Positions 8,501 to 16,730 of a stretch of DNA of 63,363 bases are shown one piece after another (the first letter of the stretch is position 1; every line of letters starts with the position of its first letter). The notes under the pieces were generated by a model. The model ran no database searches, was not told the DNA's origin, and worked only from the letters and a program-made list of their open reading frames with translations. Both the position numbers and the translations under genes were made by a program. Location: contig JAKAKT010000009.1 in NCBI GenBank assembly GCA_021813385.1, positions 1-63,363 on the forward strand, written 5' to 3'. Source of the stretch: Candidatus Micrarchaeota archaeon (GTDB lineage: Archaea; Micrarchaeota; Micrarchaeia; Burarchaeales; JAKAKT01).

Positions 8501-9343
8501 AAGCCAATTTAGAGCCTCTTCGTTTTTGATTTCTCGTTCTTCTTCCAAATAGTCAAAGAATTTGAATAATGAGTAGTAAACCTTGTCTATATCTGGAGCT
8601 CCAAGTATATACCTTTTTACGTATTTCTTGAAATCCGTCTTAAGCATTGTCTTTGTAACTTTGCTAAACGAATCGACTTCAAGTTCGGTTTCCAGGAAAA
8701 ACATGAGTAAATTTACGTTTTCCGTGTGCTTGTCCGCCGTTTTCTCACTGAGATTTTCTTCAGAAACTAGGTATTTGAAAAAGCCCACTAAGTAATCGCT
8801 CCATGAATCGCGAAATTTTCTATGGTTCTTCATTTTTATGAAAAGCGTGTTATCCTCAAATGGGATAATCGGCCCTGGGGCGAAATACTTGCCATTCCCT
8901 TTTGAGTTGAGTCTTGCTATGACTGCGGTTCCTGTTTTGATAGTTTCCAAATTTATGGTGTCAACGAAAAAAGTTTTTCCAGATGTGTCCACTAATTTAA
9001 GTTCGCTCTCAATTTGTGATTTGACGTTAAAAACTCCGAATATGCTTTCCCTCGCGCCAAACAAAACTTCTGCTTCTTCTTTCGTGAGGTTGCGGCCGTG
9101 GTGCTTGATGTACCAGCGAATCAGTGGCTCATTTTCTTTCATAAAACATGGGATGAGCCAGGCTAGAAAAAACCAATTGAACATGTGTTCGTCAAAAGGA
9201 ATTTTATTGAAAAACCAATGGAGGTCGTAAGAAAAAACACGGGTTGCGGTCTGTAAGTCAGTCTTGTCAAGAGCTTTGACTATTTTACCTACGGCACTAT
9301 TCCAGATTCTCGCATGTTCGCTATTATCGTTCTGCCAATCCAT
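8486..9343 (-). CDS. Hypothetical protein with a C-terminal tyrosine-recombinase core-binding (SAM-like) type domain and no catalytic domain
   Basis: 285 aa in visibly AT-richer DNA. The last ~100 aa (YLVGFFKYLVSEENLSEKTADKHTENVNLLMFFL...YYSLFKFFDYL) resemble the four-helix core-binding domain of integrases. The ORF stops inside the att-like repeat. Confidence 0.5.
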   Translation of the reverse strand: MDWQNDNSEHARIWNSAVGKIVKALDKTDLQTATRVFSYDLHWFFNKIPFDEHMFNWFFLAWLIPCFMKENEPLIRWYIKHHGRNLTKEEAEVLFGARESIFGVFNVKSQIESELKLVDTSGKTFFVDTINLETIKTGTAVIARLNSKGNGKYFAPGPIIPFEDNTLFIKMKNHRKFRDSWSDYLVGFFKYLVSEENLSEKTADKHTENVNLLMFFLETELEVDSFSKVTKTMLKTDFKKYVKRYILGAPDIDKVYYSLFKFFDYLEEEREIKNEEALNWLQARI

Positions 9344-9468
9344 AGACGTACCTCGAATATCTTAACCTACGCAGACTATTATAATCTTGTTGCTAGAACC
9401 ATGTCGAAAATAAGCGCTTCTTGGAAGCTTCAAGACGAGCGCCTAGGGCTCTGAACCCAGGGGGCACA

Positions 9469-9525
9469 TCCGATTTTTCTCCCAAGAGAAAAATGGACCA
9501 CAAGTGCCAGAGCACTTGTCGGTCC
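9469..9525 (+). repeat. Double-hairpin element, copy A
   Basis: TCCGATTTTT, then hairpin TTTTTCTC/CCAA/GAGAAAAA (9474-9493), then TGGAC. A 13-bp hairpin follows, GGACC-A-CAAGTGC/CAGA/GCACTTG-T[C]GGTCC (9495-9525). Collinear with copy B at 43517-43574. Confidence 0.6.
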
Positions 9526-9579
9526 CCCTAGGTTTCAAGCTCCTCCTGACCCCCTGACGACTTATCTTTGCTTGGTTCA

Positions 9580-9646
9580 ACCCCAGATTTTGCGCTGGGG
9601 CGCAAAAACCCTCACAAAGGTTCGTTCTGTTCGGTCGCCTGGGGCC
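9580..9646 (+). pseudogene. Decayed tRNA-Thr-like remnant (D-arm missing)
   Basis: Blocks collinear with tRNA-Thr 7299-7370: CCCCAG, TTTGC, GCAAAAA, GTTCG, TTCT, TCGCCTGGGGC. There is no D-arm, the anticodon loop is altered, and no valid cloverleaf can be drawn. Confidence 0.55.
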
Positions 9647-9746
9647 ATAAGCCAAGAGTCCTATTTCTCCAGACTTGCTTATTTTTAACGTATTCTGTAG
9701 TAAGCCTTAAAACCCTTAAGCATCGTTAATTTATCGGGGTCAGGGT

Positions 9747-9914
9747 ATGGAATTGAAGAGCATCAAAATTCCAAACTGGCTCGTTTTCATTCTTTGGTTA
9801 GTGGCTCTATATTTTTCCCGGGGCGCAATACAATGGGCGCTTTCGTTCTTTGGTTGGTATTTTGCTTATTGGTTTGTTTTCAAGAGGGATAAAAAAGGTA
9901 AGTGGTGGATATAA
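9747..9914 (+). CDS. Possible small membrane protein (55 aa)
   Basis: Below the track cutoff. Reads MELKSIKIPNWLVFILWLVALYFSRGAIQWALSFFGWYFAYWFVFKRDKKGKWWI, with two hydrophobic segments and a basic tail. A 10-bp hairpin at 9935-9962 and a T-run near 10003 follow it. Confidence 0.3.
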   Translation: MELKSIKIPNWLVFILWLVALYFSRGAIQWALSFFGWYFAYWFVFKRDKKGKWWI

Positions 9915-10053
9915 CGCTTAATCTCCGTTATGGGGAGTAAATAAGGTTCTCTTTATTTACTCGGTTCCCATACTCCAGCTTTACTCGGCGAATTCTAGCC
10001 CGCTTTTTTAGTATCCTTGTTTACTCCTAGTTTCTTGTCCCGGGGTTTCTGGC

Positions 10054-10989
10054 TCAGTCCTTTTTCTTTCCCAATTCCTTTTTCGAAAGCCAGAAGAAAT
10101 AGCCGATTATTGCGAAAGTGGCTATCGGGGAAATGAAGCTCGGGATGTGGGCCCCGAATGCATCCAAGAGCATGATGACACCAAGCACGAGAATCGAATA
10201 CATTGCCCCATTCTTCAAGAATTTGTACTTCTTCACGGACTCGATGTTTGAAATTGTGACTTGTCTCACTATGAGCGCCCCGAGCCCGTTCCCAATCATT
10301 ATGAGCGGAACCGACATCGTGAAAGCAAATGCCCCGACAACACCGTCGATTGAGAAGGTCGCGTCTATCACTTCAAGATACAGGATTTTGCTCAAGTCGC
10401 TCATGTGGGCTGAACCTTCTCCCCCGAGAAGCTCCTTCTCCTTTTCCTCTGCATTCTGCTTGAACCCATGGGTGATGAAGAACGCAGTGGAACCGACAAC
10501 TGCCCCGAACGCCATCATCGTGTTCGCTTGCAGTGCGAACCAGACTATGGCGGTTAGGGCGATGGACACCACGGTGTAGAACCAGACTCCCTGCTTCATG
10601 AAGAACTCCTCAGCCGACGGGAGCCCATAGTGCTTGGGCTCGAGGAAAAGCCAGTGGAAGAAGAGGAACACAAGGAAAACCCCTCCCCCAGCGAGCAGTA
10701 TTGGGGAGCTCGCCTCAACTGCTTGCGCAATTTTCATGTCCCCGCTGAACGCAGCTAGAAGAATGTCGAGCGGGGAAAGCGACGGGTTTGCGACCCAGAC
10801 AATGGCGAGAGGAAGGGCAAGCCGAAGAACGAAAACTGCGATTAGGATTCCGTAGAGGAGGAACCACCTGCGGGCCCTCGCGCTCATCTTGGTGAGCACT
10901 TCGGCGTTTATCACGGCATTGTCGACGCTGCTGATGGTCTCGAAAAGCGCGAGCCCGGCGATTGTAAGCAGTATCGGGACGAAATCCAT
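10054..10989 (-). CDS. TerC/DUF475-family integral membrane protein
   Basis: 311 aa and polytopic. N-terminal FETISSVDNAVINAEVL motif is typical of the DUF475/TerC superfamily. Confidence 0.75.
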   Translation of the reverse strand: MDFVPILLTIAGLALFETISSVDNAVINAEVLTKMSARARRWFLLYGILIAVFVLRLALPLAIVWVANPSLSPLDILLAAFSGDMKIAQAVEASSPILLAGGGVFLVFLFFHWLFLEPKHYGLPSAEEFFMKQGVWFYTVVSIALTAIVWFALQANTMMAFGAVVGSTAFFITHGFKQNAEEKEKELLGGEGSAHMSDLSKILYLEVIDATFSIDGVVGAFAFTMSVPLIMIGNGLGALIVRQVTISNIESVKKYKFLKNGAMYSILVLGVIMLLDAFGAHIPSFISPIATFAIIGYFFWLSKKELGKKKD

Positions 10990-11023
10990 GGGCTAGTATT
11001 GGAAAACAAAGATATAAAATAAG

Positions 11024-11176
11024 TTAGACGTTGTCCTTCGGGCCTTCCTTCATCTTCCTTTCAAGCTCCTGTTCGCCTTTCCTGCTTTTCATAAAGAAGT
11101 ATATGGCGAGGAGCAGGGCAAGTATCCCGATTAGAAAGGAGCTGCCACAGCAAAAAAGCCCCCCGATTTCCGTCAT
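11024..11176 (-). CDS. Possible small single-TM protein (50 aa)
   Basis: Below the track cutoff. Starts 9 nt after the ybjQ-like stop. Reads MTEIGGLFCCGSSFLIGILALLLAIYFFMKSRKGEQELERKMKEGPKDNV. Confidence 0.3.
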   Translation of the reverse strand: MTEIGGLFCCGSSFLIGILALLLAIYFFMKSRKGEQELERKMKEGPKDNV

Positions 11177-11185
11177 TTTTTCATC

Positions 11186-11518
11186 TCACTGTGGATTTTC
11201 CAGTATCATCGCAGTCCCGGTTGCAGTGACAACTATGATTGAAGTCCCTAGGTCGGCTGTTTCGACATCGACGCTCACTACTGCGTTCGCCCCGAGCCCG
11301 AGCGCCTTCTCGCGCATCCGCTCAATTGCCTCGAATCTGGCTTTCTCAATCTCGGTGGTATATGCACTGACTTCGCCACCCCCAATCGCCTGGAGCCCTG
11401 CCAGGAATTGACCGCCCATCCCTCTTGTTCTTGAGGTAACGCCGGTAACTAAACCGAATATCTTCTTGACCTTATAGCCGGGCGGGACCGGCGAGTTCAC
11501 GAGCAATATATCAGGCAT
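11186..11518 (-). CDS. YbjQ/UPF0145 family protein
   Basis: 110 aa. Pattern IFGLVTGVTSRTRG...GGEVSAYTT...R..A..RM...A...GANAVV is typical of UPF0145. Confidence 0.8.
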   Translation of the reverse strand: MPDILLVNSPVPPGYKVKKIFGLVTGVTSRTRGMGGQFLAGLQAIGGGEVSAYTTEIEKARFEAIERMREKALGLGANAVVSVDVETADLGTSIIVVTATGTAMILENPQ

Positions 11519-11566
11519 CTAAATCACCTCTTGGAATAACGGAGTTCAACATTTTAACCTTTTGGC

Positions 11567-12487
11567 CTAATCCCCCAATTTCCCGAAAATCTCTTTCGCG
11601 ACTTTGGTATTCTGGAAGATGAAGAGGTGTATTCCCGGGGCCCCTGCTTTCTTCAATTCCCTGCAGAGTGAAACGGTTTGCTCGATTCCCTTTTTCCTGA
11701 ATTCCGACTCATCCTCGATTCCCGCGAGCGGGGCAAAGAACGACTCGGGCACAGGGATATTGAAATTCGATTCCGCAAGCTCGAGCTTGTTCTTCGAGTC
11801 AACCGGGAGAACGCCAGCAATAACCGGGATTTGGACCCCGAGTTCTCGAACCTCTTCAACGAATTCCTTGTATCGAGTTGGGTCGAAAACCATCTGGGTT
11901 ATCGCGAAATGGGCCCCTGCATCCACTTTCCTTTTGAGGTATTCCGCCCTCTTGCCCGGCACCTCCTGCGGATGGGCAGCGACACCTATGCAGAAATCGG
12001 TTTTTGCGCCGGGGTGATACTCGAGGGATTCGTCATCGAATCCTGCCCGCTTGATGTATCTCCCCCCGTTCGCCCTCGTTATCTGCTCGACCAGCTGGTA
12101 AGCGTATTTGTGCTCGCCCCTCCATTCTTTTCCTTTCGCCCCAGCAGGCGGGTCGCCCCTGAGCGCGAGTATGTTGTTTATCCCGAAGTAGTTCTGGTCC
12201 ACTACCAGGTTCTCTACCTCGTAGCGGTTTATCTCCCTGCAGGTGAAGTGCGCAATTGAGGGCATCTTGTATTTTGAATAAGCGAAATATGCGAGGGGAA
12301 GGGTCCCTCCCCGCAAGCTTCCTCCAGCGCCTTTGGTGACACTTAGAAAATCAATCCCGATTTCGCGCAATTCCTTGAGTTTTTCAAAAAGCTCGTCTAT
12401 GCCCGAGCAGTTTCTGGGCGGAACCAGCTCTACTGAATGGGTAAACCCGCTATCGAGCAGCTCGGTTATTTTTTTCATCCCTTTCAT
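11567..12487 (-). CDS. metF: 5,10-methylenetetrahydrofolate reductase
   Basis: 306 aa. MTHFR-type TIM barrel motifs (SVELVPPRN, FLSVTKGAGGS, ILALRGDPP). Lies immediately downstream of metH. Confidence 0.85.
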   Translation of the reverse strand: MKGMKKITELLDSGFTHSVELVPPRNCSGIDELFEKLKELREIGIDFLSVTKGAGGSLRGGTLPLAYFAYSKYKMPSIAHFTCREINRYEVENLVVDQNYFGINNILALRGDPPAGAKGKEWRGEHKYAYQLVEQITRANGGRYIKRAGFDDESLEYHPGAKTDFCIGVAAHPQEVPGKRAEYLKRKVDAGAHFAITQMVFDPTRYKEFVEEVRELGVQIPVIAGVLPVDSKNKLELAESNFNIPVPESFFAPLAGIEDESEFRKKGIEQTVSLCRELKKAGAPGIHLFIFQNTKVAKEIFGKLGD

Positions 12488-12495
12488 TTCATCAT

Positions 12496-15400
12496 CTAAA
12501 AATATTTCGCATTCGGGTTGTGGAACACGAGGGCGGAAACACTTGCCTCCGGGTCCATCATGAGCCCGCTGGAAAGCTTGACTCCGATATTCTCCGGCTT
12601 TAGAAGCTTAAATAATTTCTTCTGCTCCCCGAGGTCCCTGCACATCGGGTAGCCATAGCTTATGCGTATCCCCTGGGGCTTGTTTTTTTGGGCTCCTTTC
12701 GCCTCGATGCCCCATTCCTCCCGAATCCTCTTGTGGACCATGTCGGCGAGCGCCTCGGCGCACTCAAGCGCCAGGAGCTGGAGCAGGTGGGACTTCAGGT
12801 ATTCCCCAGATTCTCGGAGCTCTTCTGCCTTTTCCCGAACTCCCTTCCCGCAGGAAGTAACAAACAGGCATATTGAGTCCCTGCCTGCTCCCTCTTGGGC
12901 GACGAAATCGGAAACGCAAAGCCCTTCCCCTCCTTTCTGCCTCTCGAAATCCAAAGTCTCGGGTTCTTTTTCGCCTTGAAAGACGACTATCGAAGTTCCC
13001 CTTGAATTGCACTCGAAGAATTGGTAGATGGCACGGGGCTCAAGCAGGTTGTTTTTTATTATGAATGATTCCGTTTCCTCCACTTGCCCGGTCAGAATCT
13101 TCGCCTTCCCTTCGTTGCCCTCAAGGCCGAGGTGCATCGAGTAGAGCCTTTTTTTGTCAATGTTGGAGAAGACTTCCTGAAGGTCGAAATCCTTTAGGAT
13201 GCGGGGCAAGAGATCGGGGGCCTTTCTTGGATGAGCTGGGGCGGAGTGGGGAGGTGCGGGACCTTCTTTCATCTGCTCTGTTCTCGGAGGAACAGCTGCC
13301 TCTTGCGGAACCTTTTCCTTTTTCACTTTCCCCTTATGCGAGATTAATTCCTCCACTTGGCGGAGCCCTGCCATCGCATCCTTTGAGTAAAGAACAGGTC
13401 CGGAGTAAGCCTTCGCTATCTTTTCCTTAGTGAACTTCTCTGTGAGGGCTGCCCCGCCAACAAGGAGCGGAACCGAAATTCCTGCTTCCTTGAGCGCTTC
13501 AGCTGTCACGACCATCATCTCAGCGGATTTCACGAGAAGGCCTGAAAGGCATATCACATCCGGCTTATGCTCCTTGCAGGCGGCAATGATTTTTTCAGGG
13601 GGCACTTTAATCCCGAGGTCAATGACCTCATAATAGTTGTTCTTCAGCAGGATATGGACGAGGTTCTTGCCTATGTCGTGGACATCTCCCTTAACTGTCG
13701 CTAGAATGACCTTGCCCCTCTTTGCAGTAGAGCCCGTTTCCATGAAATTCTCCAGGTAAGAAATCGCAGCCTTCATCGACTCAGCGCTCTGGAGAACCTC
13801 GGAAACTATGAGCTTGTTCTCCCTGAAGAGGTCGCCCACCTTCCGCATTCCCCCCATTAGCGGGCCGTTTATTATTTCAAGCGGGGTTCTTGCTTTTCGT
13901 GCCTCTTTTAGAGCCTCGGTCAAGCCATCCTTTCTGCCTTCAGTTATGAATGACTCGAGCCGTTCGTCAAGCGGCAGTTCGCTCCTCTTAACCTGTTCCT
14001 CAACCTTGTCACGATACATATTCACAAACGGGGTTATCGGGTCCTTTGTGCGCTCAAAAAGCAAATCCTCTGCCAGCTCCCTCTCTTTTTTCGAAATTGA
14101 TGGGTACCGGATGAGCTTCTCGGAATTGACGATTGCCATGTCGAGCCCTGCATTCACCGCGTGATAAAGAAAAACGGAGTTGAGGATTTCCCTGCCTGCA
14201 GGGGGTAAGCCGAAGGAGACGTTGCTCACCCCGAGGATTGTCTTTGATTTCGGGAAAGCCTTCTTTAGCTCCCGAATCGCGTCAATAGTCGTTTTGGCAC
14301 TGCCGGAATAGTTTGCATCCCCGCTTGCTGCTGGGAATGTGAGCGGGTCGAGTATTATGTCCTCCTCTGGGAATCCCCATTCCTTAACCAGGTAATCGCG
14401 AGCCCGTTGAGCTATCGAGAGCTTTTTCTCGACTGTTTTCGCCATCGCCTGTCCGCCGTCCTCGTCGATAGTCCCGAAAACAATCGCAGCCCCGTATTCC
14501 TTGGCCAGCGGCATCACTTCCTTAGCCCTTCCGAACCCGTCCTCGAAATTGAGCGAGTTGATGATGCACTTCCCCTGGGTTCTCTCCAGCGCCATAACAA
14601 TTGCCTTTGGGTTCGTTGAGTCTATCATCAGCGGAACCCGGACTTTTTTAGTGACAATCGAATAGAATTTCTCGGTGTCGGAGGGCTCGTCCCTTTCCGG
14701 GTTTGCAAGGCAAATGTCGATGATGTGCGCCCCTTTCTCGACTTGCGCCCGCCCTATCTCCGCAGCAATTTCAAGCTGCCCTGATGCGATGAGCTCGCGG
14801 AACTTCTTGCTCCCTATGCTGTTCGTCCTCTCGCCAACAATAACCGGCCTCGTGTCTTCATCTATGGCTACGGTTTCGATTCCAGATAGAGCTGAACGGG
14901 AAACAGACGGGATGCGGCGAATTTCGGAATTCGAAATGAGCTTTCTTAGTTTTGCAATGTGCTTCGGGGTTGTCCCGCAGCACCCGCCGACAATGTTCGC
15001 GAGCTTCTGCTTCATTATTTTCTTCATGATGTTTGCGAATTCCGCTGGCGAAAGCGGGAAAGTGCCGTCTTCCCTGGGCATTCCGGCATTCGGATAGCAG
15101 ATTGTGTTGGTTGAAGCAATCCCTGAAAGCTCTTTTAAGTGCCCCTGCATCATGTCAGGCCCTAACCCGCAGTTCATGCCGACTGCGAATGGCTTTGCGT
15201 GCGCAATTGAGACATAGGCCGCCTCGATGTCCTGCCCTGCGAGCATGACTCCCCCTTTCTCGATTGTGAAGGAGAACGCGACCGGAAGCTCGCTGCTATC
15301 GGAGAAGAGGCGCTGAAGGCCTGAGAACGCGGCCTTTGCGTTCAGCGTGTCGAAAATCGTTTCAATTAGGAAAAAGTCGACTCCGCCCTTCGCAAGCCCT

Positions 15401-15840
15401 TTCGCCTGCTCGTAGTAGGAATCCCTCATTTGCCCAAATGTGACTTCCTGGGAAAGGGAGAGCGACTTGTTCGTGGGCCCAATCGAGCCAGCGACAAACC
15501 TGGGCTGTTCTTCTGTACTGAATTCATCAGCGCATTCGCGGGCTAGCTTTGCTGCTGCGAGATTGATTTCGAATGTCCTTTCCCCGAGGCCGAACTCGGA
15601 AAGCGTAAGCCTCGAGCCTGCGAATGAGTTTGTCTCTATGATATCTGCGCCAGCCTTCAGATAGTCCTCGTGCACTGAGCGGACTGCATCCGGGCGCGTG
15701 AGCGAGAGGATTTCATTGCAACCTTCAAATTTCTCTTCCCCGAAGTCCGATGGTGTTAGGCCCTTGCCCATGAGGCAGGTTCCCATGGCCCCGTCCAGGA
15801 GAAGTATTCGGGACTTAATCCTTTCGCTTAACTTTTCCAT
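12496..15840 (-). CDS. metH: Cobalamin-dependent methionine synthase, four-module MetH type
   Basis: 1,114 aa. Contains an Hcy-binding domain (GGCCGTTP), a pterin-binding domain, a B12-binding DxHxxG motif (GDVHDIGKN) and a C-terminal AdoMet activation domain (RISYGYPMC). Confidence 0.9.
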   Translation of the reverse strand: MEKLSERIKSRILLLDGAMGTCLMGKGLTPSDFGEEKFEGCNEILSLTRPDAVRSVHEDYLKAGADIIETNSFAGSRLTLSEFGLGERTFEINLAAAKLARECADEFSTEEQPRFVAGSIGPTNKSLSLSQEVTFGQMRDSYYEQAKGLAKGGVDFFLIETIFDTLNAKAAFSGLQRLFSDSSELPVAFSFTIEKGGVMLAGQDIEAAYVSIAHAKPFAVGMNCGLGPDMMQGHLKELSGIASTNTICYPNAGMPREDGTFPLSPAEFANIMKKIMKQKLANIVGGCCGTTPKHIAKLRKLISNSEIRRIPSVSRSALSGIETVAIDEDTRPVIVGERTNSIGSKKFRELIASGQLEIAAEIGRAQVEKGAHIIDICLANPERDEPSDTEKFYSIVTKKVRVPLMIDSTNPKAIVMALERTQGKCIINSLNFEDGFGRAKEVMPLAKEYGAAIVFGTIDEDGGQAMAKTVEKKLSIAQRARDYLVKEWGFPEEDIILDPLTFPAASGDANYSGSAKTTIDAIRELKKAFPKSKTILGVSNVSFGLPPAGREILNSVFLYHAVNAGLDMAIVNSEKLIRYPSISKKERELAEDLLFERTKDPITPFVNMYRDKVEEQVKRSELPLDERLESFITEGRKDGLTEALKEARKARTPLEIINGPLMGGMRKVGDLFRENKLIVSEVLQSAESMKAAISYLENFMETGSTAKRGKVILATVKGDVHDIGKNLVHILLKNNYYEVIDLGIKVPPEKIIAACKEHKPDVICLSGLLVKSAEMMVVTAEALKEAGISVPLLVGGAALTEKFTKEKIAKAYSGPVLYSKDAMAGLRQVEELISHKGKVKKEKVPQEAAVPPRTEQMKEGPAPPHSAPAHPRKAPDLLPRILKDFDLQEVFSNIDKKRLYSMHLGLEGNEGKAKILTGQVEETESFIIKNNLLEPRAIYQFFECNSRGTSIVVFQGEKEPETLDFERQKGGEGLCVSDFVAQEGAGRDSICLFVTSCGKGVREKAEELRESGEYLKSHLLQLLALECAEALADMVHKRIREEWGIEAKGAQKNKPQGIRISYGYPMCRDLGEQKKLFKLLKPENIGVKLSSGLMMDPEASVSALVFHNPNAKYF

Positions 15841-15893
15841 GAGCCTATTGGGCTTCCAATTGTTTTAAATGTTTTCGAGGCAAAGTCCATTCC

Positions 15894-16646
15894 ATGAAGC
15901 TCATCTTCCTCGGGACAAACGGCTGGTATTGCACGAAAACCGGAAATACTGTCTGCGCCGCGATTGTCGCAAAGGACAGGTTGATTGTGCTGGATGCCGG
16001 GGACGGGTTTGAGAAAGTCCCGGAACTCGCAGAAAAGGAAAAAAAGAAAAAAATCGATGTCTTCCTCTCGCACCTTCACCTCGACCACGCCGGGGGCCTG
16101 CACGCGCTCCCAAAATTCGAGAAAACGCACCGCGTCAGGATTTTCGCAGCCTGGGAATACATGAAAGACCTCGAGTATTTGCTTGACCATCCATTCACCG
16201 CGAATTTGAAGCAGCTGAAAGCCTGTGTGGAATTGCTTCCGCTCAAATGCGGCCTTAACCGGCTGCCTTATGCTCTCCATGCCCTTCCCTTGGTCCACGC
16301 GGACCCCTGCCTGGGATTCAGGTTCGAGCTTGAGGGGAAGGTTATTGCATATTGCACTGACACCGGGCCTTGCGGGAACATACCCGAACTGGGGAAAGAG
16401 GCTGATGCCCTGATAACTGAGTGCTCCCTTCCTCCGAGGACAAAGCCCCTCAGGCACTGGCCGCACCTCTCCCCTGAAATCGCCGCGAGACTGGCTAGGG
16501 AAGCAAGAGCGAAGCTTCTCATACTCGACCATTTCGACGCGAACAACTACCGCGAGATGGGCGAGAGAAAGATTGCAGAGCGGGTTGCGAGAGGAATTTT
16601 TGCGAAAACGATTGCCGCGAAGGACGGGCTGGTTCTTTCAGTTTAG
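15894..16646 (+). CDS. MBL-fold metallo-hydrolase (RNase Z/BN-like)
   Basis: 250 aa. HxHxDH motif (LSHLHLDHAGG) and downstream His/Asp ligands. Confidence 0.75.
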   Translation: MKLIFLGTNGWYCTKTGNTVCAAIVAKDRLIVLDAGDGFEKVPELAEKEKKKKIDVFLSHLHLDHAGGLHALPKFEKTHRVRIFAAWEYMKDLEYLLDHPFTANLKQLKACVELLPLKCGLNRLPYALHALPLVHADPCLGFRFELEGKVIAYCTDTGPCGNIPELGKEADALITECSLPPRTKPLRHWPHLSPEIAARLAREARAKLLILDHFDANNYREMGERKIAERVARGIFAKTIAAKDGLVLSV

Positions 16647-16730
16647 CAGTAATGAGATAAGGCTAAAGTGATAATATTTCTAGATAGCGAAATATGCTGC
16701 TGGCGTTAGGCTAAAGGAGGGGCGTAACAT

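Noticed and set aside
9443-9655. 70-aa minus-strand ORF in the structured intergenic region.
   Set aside because: It runs through the hairpins and the tRNA-like remnant. Its composition is Arg/Pro/Gly/Cys-rich, typical of translated structured DNA, and it has no start context.
9430-9660. Possible SRP (7S) RNA or RNase P RNA on the minus strand, because the region is highly structured and contains GGCUUAU and ACAGAAC strings.
   Set aside because: No SRP helix-8 motif (GGAA/GNAR tetraloop with AGCA) and no UGUAA Alu motif are present. RNase P CR-I (GGAAAGUCC) is absent, and the CR-V-like strings are in the wrong order. The tRNA-Thr-like remnant plus the double-hairpin element explain the structure better.
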